DNA of 54,828 nt, filler included, from Bipalium vagum (GCA_037834085.1; 3 parts of 3 records of this genome joined end to end with filler, not necessarily neighbours in it), one strand, 5' to 3'. Positions 13,720 through 27,718 are shown, counted from the first letter of the whole stretch. A program made the numbers and translations. Notes: generated by a model not told the origin, from the sequence alone.

Positions 13720-14580
13720 ATGCAGAAATAATTTCGTTGTTTGACTGAACCGATAAACGTCATAATTCAGCTAAAAGTAAACTTTGTTAATCAAGATAGA
13801 ATTCATCAGATGCAATGATTTCCTGCAAGAAGGAAGTTATCCAGGTGCTTAAAGAATGAAAATTTGTTAGCGACAGATCAGGTATGAGTAAAATTTAGTA
13901 CTCCAAATGAGTAATTTTTGCAGTTGTTTGTGTGATATATTGAGGCAAGTCTTAAAAATAAATTACCCCTTTCTATTGATCAATGATGCGGTGGAAAGAT
14001 TCAGTACATTAGAAGTATTTTTCTGTTGTAATATTTTTGTTCGTTTTTGCGCAAAAGTAAAGAAGAATTCCCTTCAAAACGGCGATTTCTTTGAATTTCA
14101 CTCAACTGGTGTGACACTCACTTATCCGCCTTTCTTTTCTTTCCATTTTGATTTAATTGGCGATGTACAGTAGTATGGCCCTCATTGAGCTCCTTTGATG
14201 GTTCTCCAGTGATTTTTAATGAAAGCCATTTGATTATCTTCTTTAGCCGGCCACTGCCAATGTCAGATGTACATCCGCGATCTTCATTTAATTCATTTCT
14301 CTAGCATAAAAGTCTATAAAAACGTTGTATTACATCATCACGCGATGTTCTTTAATTAAAGGATTTATGAATTTCAGCTTTTGTGCCAAATTTGTGTTGT
14401 ACAAAAATTTTTTTGTAATTTGACTAGAAAAGTTAATTAATAATTTTTTTTATAAAAAACACTTCAATTTTAAATTTTCAAATGGTATCAAAATATAAGT
14501 ATTATTTAAACAACATGTACTTTAAAATCTATTTAGCAAGTTAAATAAATAAAGATCACATTATTTTTGAACGGACATAA
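13720..14580 (-). mobile_element. Decayed mariner relic plus an adjacent Tc1-like fragment
   Basis: Minus strand near 13840-13890 resembles YSPDLSPTDYHFFKHLDNF ('PDLSLTNFHS..KHLDNF'). A TIR-like end ttatttttgaacggaca lies at ~14578. Confidence 0.55.
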
Positions 14581-15082
14581 TAACAGATTATGTTCATTAT
14601 AAATTAAGAGAAATATTTTTGTTGGAAATTGACTTTGTAAACTGTAATTTAACTTTAATGAATATTCTTGATATTTTTAATTCATTAAATTTATAAATTG
14701 TTTGTTAATCATAAAATCAAAGTTAAATTAAAGATTAAAACAAAAGAAGAAATAATTAATTAATTAATTATCGTTATTCTATTAACAGTGTTGAAAAAAA
14801 CTGTGTAAAAACAGTAATTAAAGAATGAATTTATTCAACATTAAGAAATCCATTTAGTTTTCACTTTAGCTTTAAGTAGATTAATGGTATAGAAATTTCA
14901 TATATTAACAAATAATTAATTGTAAATTAAAGATGATAAACCAAAATGAAAATTCAGATAATAATTGACCAATAACATGTTTTCTACATAAATAACCAAT
15001 GGCATTTGGACAGAGGAAAAATTTATTTGCAGTTCTTTAGATGTTACTTTATAAAACAAGCTGATCAACATTTCATCATAAT

Positions 15083-15415
15083 ATGGAACTTTCTCATCCG
15101 AATCAATACCGTTATGATTTAACCAGCTTTATAATTTCCGGAGTACTTGTACCAACATTTTCTACAATAGGCATTGTGGGAAACATTCTGTGCTTGTTAG
15201 TTTTGAGTCAAAGACAAATGAGATGTAGTACTACGAATTGGTATTTGATGGCTCTTTCGGTGGCCGACAGTTTGGTTTTAATAAGTTCCATTCTTACAGT
15301 TACTAAAGAAACTATCCCCTTTGATCAAAATAAAATGAGATGGCAAAACTGGCAAATTTATCCATGGACACTGGATTTATTCATAATATTTCATCCGTTC
15401 GCTATATTATTTCAA
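15083..15415 (+). CDS. Class A (rhodopsin-type) neuropeptide GPCR, FMRFamide-receptor-like; first coding exon (TM1-TM3), remainder absent
   Basis: TM1 'GIVGNILCLLVL', ICL1 'RQMRCSTTNWYL', TM2 'ALSVADSLVL' and TM3 start 'HPFAILFQ'. A phase-0 donor CAA|GTAAC lies at 15415/15416. The contig ends at the spacer 170 bp later. Confidence 0.88.
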
Positions 15416-15515
15416 GTAACCAATTTTTAATATAGAAGTCACTTTTAATTGTTAATAAAAATATAATCATAAAATAAAAATCATATTATATTTTAATTGG
15501 ATTTAAAAGTTTCTA

Positions 15516-15517
<2 letters not shown>

Positions 15518-15585
<68 letters not shown>
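15518..15585. repeat. (TAA)n microsatellite at contig end
   Basis: Direct trinucleotide run abutting the N spacer. Confidence 0.95.
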
Positions 15586-15685
15586 NNNNNNNNNNNNNNN
15601 NNNNNNNNNNNNNNNNNNNNNNNNNNNNNTTAATTAATTAANNNNNNNNNNNNNNNNNNNNNNNNNNNNNNNNNNNNNNNNNNNN
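15586..15685. other. Artificial assembly spacer (44 N + TTAATTAATTAA + 44 N)
   Basis: Exactly 100 bp. The palindromic 12-mer gives stop codons in all six frames. Confidence 0.97.
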
Positions 15686-15764
15686 CAAATTATTGATTCC
15701 AAGAATTAAAAATTTAATAATAAATCATTCATTTAAAAAATGTCAGTTACTTATGAAACACCAT

Positions 15765-16050
15765 GTATATGACCATTTAATACTATATTTTTTGATCTCG
15801 GAGCACAAAACCATTCAAAAACAGTTCCATTTATTCCTTCATGTAGTCCTTTTTGTAAATTATTCTTAGACATTTAAATTCTTCTCAACACTATTAATCA
15901 TTGCATCTTTGTTTTTCATGCATCACTTATTTAGCTTTTGCTGCAATTAAAAATTTTCGCAACTTTACTAATCTTCTGTTGATTTCTCACCATATTGATT
16001 ACTTCATTCTTCTGCTTCAATAATAAATTGTTTATTTTGCTAACTGACAT
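15765..16050 (-). mobile_element. pogo/Tigger transposase N-terminal (psq and CENP-B HTH) relic
   Basis: Minus strand reads 'LLLKQRM.VINMV', 'KIFNCSKS' and 'FEWFCAPRSKNIVLNGHI', which resembles Tigger 'WF...RSKNIPISGPI'. Confidence 0.6.
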
Positions 16051-18114
16051 ACTAAAATTTAAAACTCTTACAAAGTGGGTAATATTAAAGCAAAAATAAT
16101 TCAAGTTTTAACAGATTTATATATATACCAATTTTTGAATATTTTAAAACATTTTCCGGCTTCGAAATACCTTATTTATAAATTACATTTTAAGAAAACT
16201 AGGATTTTCGGTTTATACAACTTTTTTGCCAAAACAATTTCCAGCTTTAACAGGTTTCACTGTAATTTTAAAATTAAAAGCTAATTTCAAGCTAATATCG
16301 TGTACCAATTAAAATGTCATAGATGAAATAGTCTATAAATATGAGAGACACGGCGTCACCTCAGAACACGTATTGGTAAGCATTCACAATTAAGTAGATC
16401 CAGTGAGTCTTAGAACAGTCATTGACTTGCGATGTATGGAAAACTAAAGTTAATGCAAAGAATTTTCAAATCATTTTGAGCCACTTTGATAATAGTGAAG
16501 AATGAAGAATTTACGAATAATTATTAATAAAAGAACGACAACCACAGATTATCATTCAACATGGGGAAAATAAGATCTAGTGTATTGTCAGTGTGATCTG
16601 TAATTAAAACTTTTAAGATATAAAACATGTTACCTAATGATAATTTAGTTAAATATATTTTTTAAAGAAATGATTTTTTTGTTGTAAAGTTATAAATTAT
16701 TTAATACATATGACATTTCTTGAATATTTTTGGCTTATGATATCGCAAGGTTACGCAGTTATTTATTTAATTAATTATTTTTCTAATTTTAATGAAAATA
16801 TTGATATAAATATTTTAATTATTTCGTTTTTTCGACGGCAATTTTTCTGTTAACAAGTCAATTACTCTGATTTGTCGGTTTTTTACTAAAGTAAATTTTT
16901 GTAGAAGAGGAAATCAAGATTTTCCGATTATTAAAAATTGGATTTTCATTTCAGTTTTATAAATATTCAAAAATAATGTATTTTAATTAATTTTTTTTTA
17001 ATTGAATATCAAAGATTATTTGAGTTGCTCAGATAAATTGGTCGAAATTTTATTTTCTTACAAAAAAAAACTTTTTACCAAGTAAAATTCTGAATGGTTG
17101 AAATCAAAATTTTTCATTTTCACTTTCTATTATTTCTTTATAAATAATTTATAATTTAAATATTATAAAAGAAATATTTGATTATTTTGATTCAATTTGT
17201 TCTACGATATTTATAACATGTCATCGAAACAAAACAATAATTTTGATTAATTTTAAAATTAGAAAATAAAAAATTAATTTTATTTATTCCAATTCATAAA
17301 GACATATTTTGAAAATTATTAATAAAAACCAAATTTTATTTATTTTACCAATTTCGAGTCTGTTACGTCTGTTACAGTTATTGAAAAAATTAAACAGTAA
17401 AAAATATCTTAAATCGACTTTTCTATTTACCTGCTACAATAGAAATGTTAGGATTAATTACTTGATGATAACACTTTTTATCGTAATGCCGAAGATAGAT
17501 GACAAGTTATTGATATTTTCCTAATAAAACAGACAAAGTCAGTAATAATCGCCCAGAGGAATTAGCTCACGAATTAAATGGAGCTGATAGCCAGATCGAC
17601 CAGTAATAAAACCAGTATCTAAAAAGCTCCCGAAATTGGTAAGCTCAGACGGCTTATAAAGCTTAGTAAAGGTTTGTTTATTCGATAAAAAGAATTAACA
17701 GGGGCAGTTATATTTAAAGTGATTTTGAATAAAAAGGGAATTATATTAATCGAAAAAAGAGTATCTTATACGAGAAGATACCCGTGTTTCTTTTACAACG
17801 TGAAAAGATTAGTTTGATTTTAATTTTTGTCAGTTATTATGCTTGAACCTTGCTCGAGTTCAGGAACTAACTGGTGATTGAAAGGACTCGGTTAAAGCTA
17901 AATTGATTTAATTATATTTATTGTGTTTTCATTATTGTCAACTTAATCAGGATAGCTAAATCATAATAATAACTTAATAAAATTCTTACATTTCCTTGTC
18001 ATTTTTTTAGTTTTTTGGCCGGAAAATAGAATATTTCTAACATAAAGCTACTTAAAGTATCATATTTAGTATTCAATTTTTCATTTTCTTATATTTCTTT
18101 GCTTAGGTATTAAT

Positions 18115-18620
18115 TACCGTAAAATCCCGTATATAAACCGCGGTCTATCTTACAAAAACCCTAATTTTTAAAAATAACATTTGGATGTGGCCTATTTAGA
18201 GTTTTATTAAAAATTTGAAACAAAACAAAACACGTGACTTATCAGAACGTGAATAAGATGTAAAATAATATAAATAACAAAATAAAGTTTATTCAAAACC
18301 ATTAAACAATTCTTCGGTTGATCTACAAAATGAATCCATTTCAAATTCTTCGGGTATTTCAATAATAATAATAATAATTTGGATTTTGAAAGATTAATAT
18401 TTCTTTGTCTTTTCTTCAATTCAGTACTTGTCTTTCGTCAACTTGTAGCTTTGCAAAAATTATAGATTTATAATGCCATATTGTTTTTAATTTATTATTT
18501 AACTTTAAAAATGTTTAGTTTAGAAAAGCCGCGACATATTTTTAAAAAATTATTTTTTTGTGAAAACCATTAGTTGCGGTTAATCTATGGTTGCGGTTTT
18601 GGTTACCGGATTATACGGCA
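18115..18620. mobile_element. pogo-type non-autonomous element (~500 bp)
   Basis: Degenerate TIRs taccgtaaaatcccgtatataaaccgcg / gcggttttggttaccggattatacggca. Confidence 0.55.
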
Positions 18621-18899
18621 TTGGTTAATTATTTTATTACTATTTTATACCATTAAGTTCCAAAGATAATTCGCAAATTATACTAAAATGGTTGTGTATA
18701 TCAAAAAACTGAAAGGGTGGGTTATGAGGTGCGGGTTATCTTATGAAAATACATAAATACATTTATAAGATTTTGAATATTATGTAATACCGGTGCATGT
18801 AAAAACTGTACCTAACCTGTTATGTAATGGTAATTAAAATTAGAATAAAATAATATCAAAATTTATTTAAGTAGACCCATCAAAACTTTCATTGGATTC

Positions 18900-19760
18900 A
18901 TTTTAAGAATAATAAAATAATCCAAAGCTCCTCAGAAAATATGCGTTGTTTGCTGTTACTTTCATCTTTAATAATTTCTAAATCCTCAATTATATCTTCA
19001 TTATATTACTCAACTGTAGTTTTTCTAATATGTTTACATAATACGACGATTGCTCAATTCCAGTGTCAAACCTCAACATAAGAAGCTTTTTTAATATTCC
19101 TATCTTCAAAAATTTGGTATCAACTAATCATCCAATTTTCCCATATATTCCTTAATTTATTTTTAAACGATTTATTAATAAAAAGATCTAAACACTGAGG
19201 CAATTTTGTCAGTCCTCCACAAATAAATACAAGTATTCAATTATTTTTAACTTGATTTGCTACTGTTTTTGTTAACTTTGATATAGCTTAATCAAATATA
19301 AGAAAAGGGTTCGTATTTAAAGAGTCTGATCTTTAAAAACAACGTTTTAAACATGTCTCTTTAGCATTTTCAGTACCTAACAGACTTCAAAAATTCTCCT
19401 TTTGGTATAGTCTTTCTCTTGAATATCACAAGAGACGATAGTTTACCACACTCGGTACTTATGCAAAGAACAACAATGAAACGAATTTTTGCTGAACTAG
19501 TCGAAGATATTTTCTGCGTTCACTTCCTTTCATCAGCAATGTTTTTTGCTTTCAATTGTATACTTATTGTTGAGACTTCTTTTTTTCTTTCTTTGATCAT
19601 TAATCCAATTTTCCAGATCTGTTTCAGGACATTTTAAGTTTGAATTAAAAACTTTCTAAATAGTTTCATAAACTAAATATACTTGCATTAGGCTGTTTCA
19701 TGTGAAGTTTCCAATACAAAATGTGATTTTCACATCACTATTTATATAGATTATTTATTT
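18900..19760 (-). mobile_element. pogo-family DDE transposase relic
   Basis: Minus strand 'VFICGGLTKLPQCLDLFINKSFKNKLRNIWENWMI' matches the pogo DDE_1 motif IPGGLT..LQPLDV..NKPFK. Confidence 0.75.
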
Positions 19761-20475
19761 TATAGGGACATTTATATCAAATAAAAGAGTATGTTTTATA
19801 TTTCAGTATCTAATTTTTTTTAGTTATAGGTTCTACTACACGACAGCCCCAAAATTACATTTCTTTCCCATTTTTCTTTTCTCCCAGAGCTAATCTTAAA
19901 TAGTTTATTCTGGTCATCAGCGCTCAGAACGAAAACCCGGTTCGTCAGGGTTCATTTTATCGAAACGCTACATGAGACTAAAAATTAACAATTTACCAAT
20001 TTACACTAATATAACTCACTACTTTTATAATTTTAAGTTATGAAATAATAATAATTTATGTCAATAATATCAACTGGACTAATGGTGATGATTGAGGAAC
20101 AAGAATTTAAGTGATTGTGATGGTGGAATTCTCCAATTTTTACAATTAATTTTTTGGTTTAAATAATTATCAATAATACTCAGCTTTTTATTAAGTAAAT
20201 ATTTTTTTAATATGTTACCAGTTTATCCTTTTTTTTAAGTATTTTTTTTTAATTTTAGATTTTTTATTTTTACCTATCTTTTTTTGATGTGTTTTGTTTA
20301 TTAAAATTGATAATATTTTTAAAAAGAATTTCGTTTGACTCTGAGTATAAAAACTAATTCTGATTTGAAGGTTTCATTATTGTAAGAAAAATAGAAAAAT
20401 TAAATAAATTTAAAATAAATATGTTTAATTTTTAAAATATTGAATTTACTTTTATTTAAAATACTTCCATTCAAG

Positions 20476-20537
20476 ATTCAAATATATGCGGACTTTTCAA
20501 TACAAAGCTTCACCTTCCTTGACTATATGTTCTCTGG
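20476..20537 (+). CDS. Copine, internal exon (end of C2B / linker)
   Basis: ttccattcaAG|...TCTGG|GTGAG. It encodes IQIYADFSIQSFTFLDYMFSG (copine 'SFLDYI.GG'). A 49-nt phase-2 intron follows. Confidence 0.8.
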
Positions 20538-20586
20538 GTGAGAATAATTTGGTTTCACAAATTCAATGATTAAACATATTTTTCAG

Positions 20587-20745
20587 AATTGATTTAAATT
20601 TTATTGTTGCTATTGATCTCTCTATTCCAAAACTGAACATTGAAGATCAGATCGAATCTATTCGCTTGTTCAATGTAACCAGACAGTCTAATGAGTATGA
20701 AGTAGCAATCAAAGCAGTGATTGAGATTTTACAAGAATATGACAA
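20587..20745 (+). CDS. Copine, internal exon (VWA domain start)
   Basis: ttttcAG|...GACAA|GTAAG. It encodes IDLNFIVAIDLSIPKLNIEDQIESIRLFNVTRQSNEYEVAIKAVIEILQEYD (copine 'NFTVAIDFT...N.Y..A..AVGEIIQDYD'). Confidence 0.9.
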
Positions 20746-21229
20746 GTAAGATATATATGGTATATTAAAAAAAAGAATGCTTCGCAAAAAAAAACTGACT
20801 ACATAGTCTTGATGTTATGCTAATTTTTTTATGTAACTACAGAATTTATTTGAGGAATCCTGAATATTTTTACATAATTGCCACCGTAAAATTTCTATTA
20901 CCTAAGATTTTCCTAAATAATTTAACAATCTTAATGTATTTGACTTGGGAAATGAAAACCAAGTCCGTATTAGATTTATTAGAATGATTAAATAATGCCT
21001 ATAAGGAAATCTAAACATGGGCAAATATTAAAGTGGACCATTAATATCAGGATTATTCTATACTTATCCTAATTTTTATTATAAATAAACTTTTGTTCTA
21101 AACTCCTGTTACTTAAATACCAATAACAAAAAATTCAAATTTTGTGAAATAAAATTATTTTTTAAAAAAAATATTAATATTAATTTATATTATTTTAGAT
21201 AATTATATTTTTCCCTGAAAAATCTAGTT

Positions 21230-22140
21230 CGAGAATTATTATTGTACGATTTCCAACTTGGTCATCCTGGGGCGAGATTATTTAAAAATTTTGATGCTAA
21301 TAAAAAGCGGTGCTTTTTGAATGCTTCAAAACATGTCGAAGCTGTGATTTTGACTTGGATGACAACCGATGTAATGGTAGACAATATTTACTTGATAACG
21401 AGTCATTGAGAACAGCTGTAGAATGGAATATATCAACCGGTATATTACAAGTATCTTTAAAAGTTTGTACTTTTAAAGAAATTGTACGGAAAAATTTGTA
21501 CTAGCTGGGATGTATAAAAAAAGACTTGCCGAAGCTTTCTTCCCGAATTGACACTATAACCGACAAATAGACGATTGAATAATTGCAATAAAATTTTACG
21601 AAATCCTCAAGAATTTCGTTTTCTAAAAAGAATTACGACATGTGACAAAAAATGAATTTCCTACAACAATCTGGATATGACAAATCAATGGATTCAGAGA
21701 CACAAAACCGCAAAAACAGTCATCAGAAGATAAAAGAATAATTCTAAGCGTTTGGTGGATATATGAAGAGTTACTTTATATCGAGGTGATTCCTGATTTC
21801 AATTATTATTCCAACTCTTAAAATGGTTCATTTTCAAAAACATAACGCAATATTATACAATAATTTCGGACAACTTATGGACCACCTTAATATATGTAAA
21901 TATTATTTTTCAACACGATGATTTCGCAACACATTTTGCTAGAAGAGGGAAGAAACATTGATACCAACTGGGTGGTAGATCTTTTTATATTTCACATACC
22001 TTCCAGCATTACACCATCTTAATCCCAATCGTCTCTGCCTAGGCAGTATTTCTGTTCTTACAATTATATCAAAAATTTGGATCGATGAGAATTTCGCCGA
22101 AAAAGATCCTTTCTATGGTGTTACATAGTTTCAATATTAT
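21230..22140 (+). mobile_element. Decayed mariner element in copine intron
   Basis: 'DFDLDDNRCNGR', 'FLKRITTCDKK*ISYNN', 'ILSVWWIYEELLY' and 'IIFQHDD'. Confidence 0.8.
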
Positions 22141-24249
22141 ATATTATATTAAAAATGATGTTTTATTGTTTTTTAATTTTTAGAAACAATTCTTTTTCTA
22201 TTTCTTAAATAAACGTAAAGGAAAAATTAAACATTTATAAGATAAGAAATAAAGTTGTCTTAAAAGAAGTACATCTAAATTGTCCAAAATTAAGATAGTT
22301 TATGAAACATCTCAAAAAAGATAATTGTACCAATTATAAAGTTACTTTCAATTTACAAAAGTTATTCTCAATCTAAATATCAATATTAGAACAAAATTAA
22401 AAAAATATTTATTAAAACACTAAATAAGGGACTGTTCTAATTTTTATTTTATTTCAAAGCTCTTAAGATTCGAGAATTTGAATTGAAATAATTACAATTT
22501 TGCTAAATGTCTCCAAAAATGTTAAGTTTAAAAGAAATTCAACGAAATTCAGAAAATTTTCATTAGAAACATTTCAAATCATTATTTTCTCCGCAATTTA
22601 GGCAGTTTATGAATTCTATTATAGAAAATTTTAATTGGTTTCAAAAGATCCAATCATTTACACACTTTTTGAAATTTTTTAAAATATTGAAGCCCTTCTC
22701 CAGCAGGCCATATTTGATCGACGGAAAAAAAGATATTCTGAATAAATATTGTAGGTACATATGTTAGGTAATATCACACATCCAGATTTTTTTTGAAGAA
22801 ATTGTTTGTTAAATTACATTTATTAAAGAAGACAATTATTTTTGTTTGAACATCACCTTCGTTTAATAACTCGCTTAAATCTTCCCCTTGGTGGTTTTCT
22901 ACGGAACTTGACATTTTACATTAAAATCTCGGAATTTGAATCATTGAAATCATTCTCTGAAATTTCTGTGAGCAAAAGTATTGTTCCATTAAGCATCTAG
23001 CCAACATATGTGTATCACCTTTATTCAAATCATACTTGAAATGTAAAACTTGCTACAAATGAAATATTTTGGTACTAATCTTTTCATTTAAATGTTAATT
23101 AGGAAGTATACATAAATGTTTTATAAAAATTGTAATATACATATACATAAAAGAATGGCAGAAAATTCCTTGTGATTTTTGCGCAAACCTTGCCTAATAA
23201 ATGCATGAGATTTAAAATGGTGCTTAATAGGAAAGGAAGACCAATAAAATATTAGACATGCCAAATAAATTTAATACTATTTTGTTTATGTCATAAATAT
23301 AATCGTACGAATAATTCTTTTGGTCTTAATTTTCTGAGTTTTCCAAACCTAAGCCCATAGATTTTTGAAAATATTTTTTTATCTGTGTTATTTGATACTT
23401 ATAGATTAATATGAAGTACATCTGATTATATTTATTTTTCAATAAGTGTCATACTGTTTTACAAATGAAGTGATCGTACGAATATTTTTTGCAGATATTG
23501 TGCATTTGGAAAACGTTTAAGCAATACCTCAGATAAATTGGAAAAATATTAATTAAAAATTAATTAAATCAAATAATAATTAAGAAACGGGGAAGTCAAA
23601 AACAACATATTGACGAAATTTAAAATGTAAAATAAAATTCTAAACCCATAATAAATGGACTTATGTTAACCATTAAAATTAACCATTTAAAGTTAACTAT
23701 TTACCTTTGCACTTACATAAGGTGTAGGAGATCAATATATCAGTTTAGCAAAAATTATTTTTACGACATTAAAATGTTGTTCTGAAAACCAAAGGAAAAA
23801 TTATTCTTCAGAAAGCAAAAATTCTTCTTTCATTAGAATGAATCCATAACACAATTAAAAATAGGTTAGCAGATGCCTGGTATGGGAAAATAAAACTAAT
23901 GAGAATGTAAATTCTGAAGCGTTAACATTTTATGGATGAGGGAGAATGCAAAAAAATGCACAGTACTGGAAAAATATTAAAAATGTGATTTTTTATACTT
24001 TCCTTATTTAATTATGTTAATTAAGAAGTTAAAAAAATTATTTATTTAAACAGTCTGTATGAAATGTTTCTTCTTCAATTTCTTCTTTACATTTTGTCTT
24101 AATTCTCCTTTTTAGAAATTAAATTATCAAGAACAAGCGACATATATGAGAGTAATGAGAATAATCCTAATATTTCAAAGAGACCCTATAAAGTATTGAT
24201 GAAAACATTTATTTTAAGTAAATAAAATATCTGACAATGTAATTTGTGG

Positions 24250-25060
24250 CTAAGCAACATATTTACTTTTACATTACCTTTACGGTTTTTCGCCAACACG
24301 TTACATACTTTATCTCACTACAAACATGCTTGAATGAGTTTACAACTGAAGAAGGTTTGTTTACACATACTTTTTTTAGATGTCTTCAAAAAATGTGTCT
24401 ATTGAAGTGAGACAGGGTAAGCAAAGTGGTCACTCAGGAAATCCTCATTTTTCGATCTAATGGTCACCATCTCATTTACAGTTTACATATTCGTTAACAA
24501 TGAAATATTTAACTAGTGCCCATTCTTGTATCAGAAAAAATGCGTTTTAATGATGCTCTTAAAGTTAAATCTTATTAAATTGATACCTCTAGGCTTTGAG
24601 TTGAAATCAGATTTAGGTTGAAAATAGATTAGTAACAGGCAATCTTTCTGGCGGTTAATAAATAATTTCTTATTCTCTTACTGACCATAAAGTCCTTTTA
24701 ATCAAAAGAATTGCTATTAAGATTCTAAAGGTATCCGTATTTTTATCACTATTATAAATGGGTGAAATTTTTGTTTCCTATTGATATTACCATTGTTGCT
24801 TAAATTTATGTCTGGTTCAAGGTAACTGCAAAAAATTAAAATCTTACTGAATTGCTCACGTATTTTTAAGCTCTGTATCTGGACTCTTCGCTTCTATCGA
24901 CCATGTTCCGTATATGCTATAGTATATCCTGTCAGTCCCTTAGAAGTTTCCCATCAATTTTTTGTTTGCTCACCTAGTGGTAACCTGATAAAATGAAGTT
25001 CTTACATTTAAAGTTCCACAAAATAATTTAAATGCCTTCCAAAAGACTCTGAGGTACTTG
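24250..25060 (-). mobile_element. Probable LINE apurinic-endonuclease relic
   Basis: Minus strand has 'CGT.NVRT' and 'G.FMVSKRIRNY', resembling APE motifs (TWNVRT; GVGFLV). Heavily decayed. Confidence 0.3.
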
Positions 25061-26026
25061 GATTTCAAAAACAGATAAATTTTGAAATAAATTTATTCAT
25101 AAAATCGAACCACAAATATCTCATTTTAGTCAATAGAAATTTCAGACTAAACTGTTAAGAAACATAACAACTAACGTCTAAATTATGATGTATGAAAGGA
25201 TAATATAAATGAAAGAAAATGAGGTGAATTAAAAGTAATTATCTGATCTATAAATTATATTTAGACTGTTTGCAGTACATAATTATGATATAATACATCA
25301 AGTGTCTTATAAATGTGTAATAATCTTTTTTCTTCTTGTCAATAATAATATATATATAATTTAATTAATACTTTTTTTCAGTTTATTTTTAGAATAATCG
25401 TTTTATTATCCAGTGAGTGATGATATAATCAAATAATTATTAATTAAATGTTATAGGTATATAATTTTTATTTAGTATCTAAATATTATTTAATATATAT
25501 TTTTTCTAGTAATAACAATAATGATTGGATAATATTTAATATTAATATATATATATATATATAACATTTAACTATTATTATATTATTATAACATTAACTA
25601 TTTAATAATATTAACATGGTTAATTTTTAATAATATTATTATATAATTTTTCAGAGATAGATTAATAATTTCAATGTTACTTCCTTGTCTTTGACTAAAT
25701 AATCTTGCTATAGAAGATATTCTTGTAATGGTGAAAATTATCCCCTTTTCCGTTAAAAGTATTTTCGATAAATTATTAATGCCAGTAAGATCATACTGGT
25801 TGCCAGTTTCGTTATTAACACTTTGTCATCTTTTTATTTTTTTAATCCAAATTTTGTTTGTTCAACTAGAATGGTACTAAATGCTCATTTTGACATACCA
25901 ATATTGTTATTATATTTATTATTTTAATTATAATTAATATTTTATTGTTATTGTATTATATCCTTATTAATTAGTAAACATGTGTTGGAGAGTTTATAAG
26001 CTTATTATAAGTTTATTATATAATTT

Positions 26027-27198
26027 ATTAGGTGTAGGCATAAGTTTTAAACCATTTCTTCATCGTTTTTAACTAATCCAAATATTATCAAATAACTCTA
26101 GCGAAATTTTACACTGGTAATCAACATATATTAAATTTTATAAATATATTAATTTTATGCTTAAGTTATTTTATAAAAACCAAAATATCAGTCTTCAAAA
26201 TGAATGATGAAAAATTGTACGTTCGGTGTTGCATAAGATGTGAATTTGATCAAGGCAAAAATACATCCTATACATTTAAATCAATATGTAATTCGTAATA
26301 ATGCCCTTTCCAGCAGTACATGCAAATACTGGTATCGTTGATTCAAAGACGGAAATTTTGATGTTACCGATCAACCACGTAGTGGTGCTCCTTTGATCAA
26401 AGAACTGTTGGGAGACGGTTACACGACAGGGGAAAAATTATGAAGGCTGGAAAGTGGATTCTGCACAAACTTTCCGAAAGCAATATTTTATGCCGTTTAA
26501 CAACATGCAGATCCCTAATTGCTAGACAAATAAGAAAGACTTTTTATGGAAAATCGTCACTGGAGATGAAAACTGAATTAATTACAATAATCCAAAACGC
26601 AAACATTAGTGGGTAGACTCTGGAATGCCAGCTACTTCAGCTGTCAAAACAAATATTCACAATAAAAAGTACTCCTTTGCACCTGGTGGGATATGAAAGA
26701 ACACATTTATTATGACCTACTCCAAGCTAGTGAAACCATTAATGCGGAACGTTATACCAAACAATTGCTGAATTTTGCTAAACAAATCGAGAAAAAAAAA
26801 TCTTTTTTCGGACAGGGATCGCGTAAAATTGTGCTGCTACATGACAATGTCAGACAGCATGTAGCGAAACATACTCAAGAAACAATTTTACAGTTAGGAT
26901 TATTCTTCAGATTTCGCTCATACAAATTTTCATTAGTTTCGTTCAATGCAACATGAATTAGCCGGATATTGTTTCAAAAATGTTGAGCAGACACGAGATT
27001 TTCTCAAGAATTATCTTGCGTCAGAACCAATATCTTTCCATCGTTCCGGGATTCGGCAATTACCTGAAAGATGGCAAGAAGTGATTTCAAATAATGGATA
27101 TTATGTTGACTAATTTTCTGAATCCCAGTCGTATAAAAATAAAAGTATTACCTTTTTAATAACATTTATTTTTTTTACAAATGGACTAAAACTTATTA
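26027..27198 (+). mobile_element. Near full-length defective mariner (DD34D) element in copine intron
   Basis: TIR ttaggtgtaggcataagttttaaaccattt with partial mate aaatggactaaaacttat. ATG at 26200, then 'DQPRSGAP', 'GKWILHKLSE', 'KIVTGDEN', 'LLCTWWDMK', 'LLHDNVRQH' and 'GIRQLPERWQEVISNNGYYVD*' (27113). It carries frameshifts and deletions. Confidence 0.92.
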
Positions 27199-27264
27199 TT
27201 TTTTAAATACTTTTTTATTTTATTTTACTTTTTAAATTTATGTTTTTTAATACTTTTTGTAAAT

Positions 27265-27460
27265 CTTATAAAGAAATTTTACATGCCAAATAAGGTTTTG
27301 AATCAAAACAAAGAAATTGGTATTTTGACCAGATAAAAATGTTAGCAGTTCGGTGGCGTAAAATCATTGAAGCTGATGAACTTTATTTTGAAGAGTAGTG
27401 TTATTGTTGTAAATAAATCAATATTTAATTTTTATCAAGAAATTTTGCATCACCCTAGTA
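27265..27460 (+). mobile_element. Mariner 3' end fragment
   Basis: 'IKMLAVRWRKIIEADELYFEE*' followed by TIR-like ttttgcatcaccctagta. Confidence 0.7.
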
Positions 27461-27642
27461 ATAGAATAGAAATTCCTTAAAATTTTTCATATAAAACTTA
27501 TATTGAAGACTAAATTAAATTTATTACAGTTTTTGTTTTAATCCATTTAAATATTTTAATAATTTTTTAATCTATCTCAAATTCTTCCTATTTATTTGCA
27601 TATATAAATAATTTTTGATTCATTTTTCATTATTTCTTGTAG

Positions 27643-27718
27643 TGATAATCAATTTCCTGCCTTTGGAATAGGTGCTCAGATTCCTCCAGATTATAAAGAC
27701 TGTCATGAATATCCATTA
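27643..27718 (+). CDS. Copine, internal exon (VWA)
   Basis: tttcttgtAG|...CCATTA|GTGAG. It encodes (N)DNQFPAFGIGAQIPPDYKDCHEYPL (copine 'DKMFPALGFGAKLPPD..VSHEFPL'). Phase matches the previous exon. Confidence 0.92.

Noticed and set aside
14933-15082. Stop-codon reassignment suggested by in-frame stops upstream of the GPCR
   Set aside because: All three stop types occur, and TARBP1, Vang and copine translate cleanly with the standard code.
15630-15641. TTAATTAATTAA palindrome inside N runs as a biological site
   Set aside because: Synthetic six-frame stop linker repeated identically at 32533-32544.
16323-16375. Possible upstream copine exon (AG…GTAAG; EIVYKYERHGVTSEHVL, phase-compatible)
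   Set aside because: Weak acceptor and no C2-domain resemblance; adjacent sequence ('KVNAKNFQIIL') looks like a Tc1 relic.
26693-26956. 87-aa ORF as an active or domesticated transposase
   Set aside because: Part of a mariner copy with stops, frameshifts and a deletion over the third catalytic motif.
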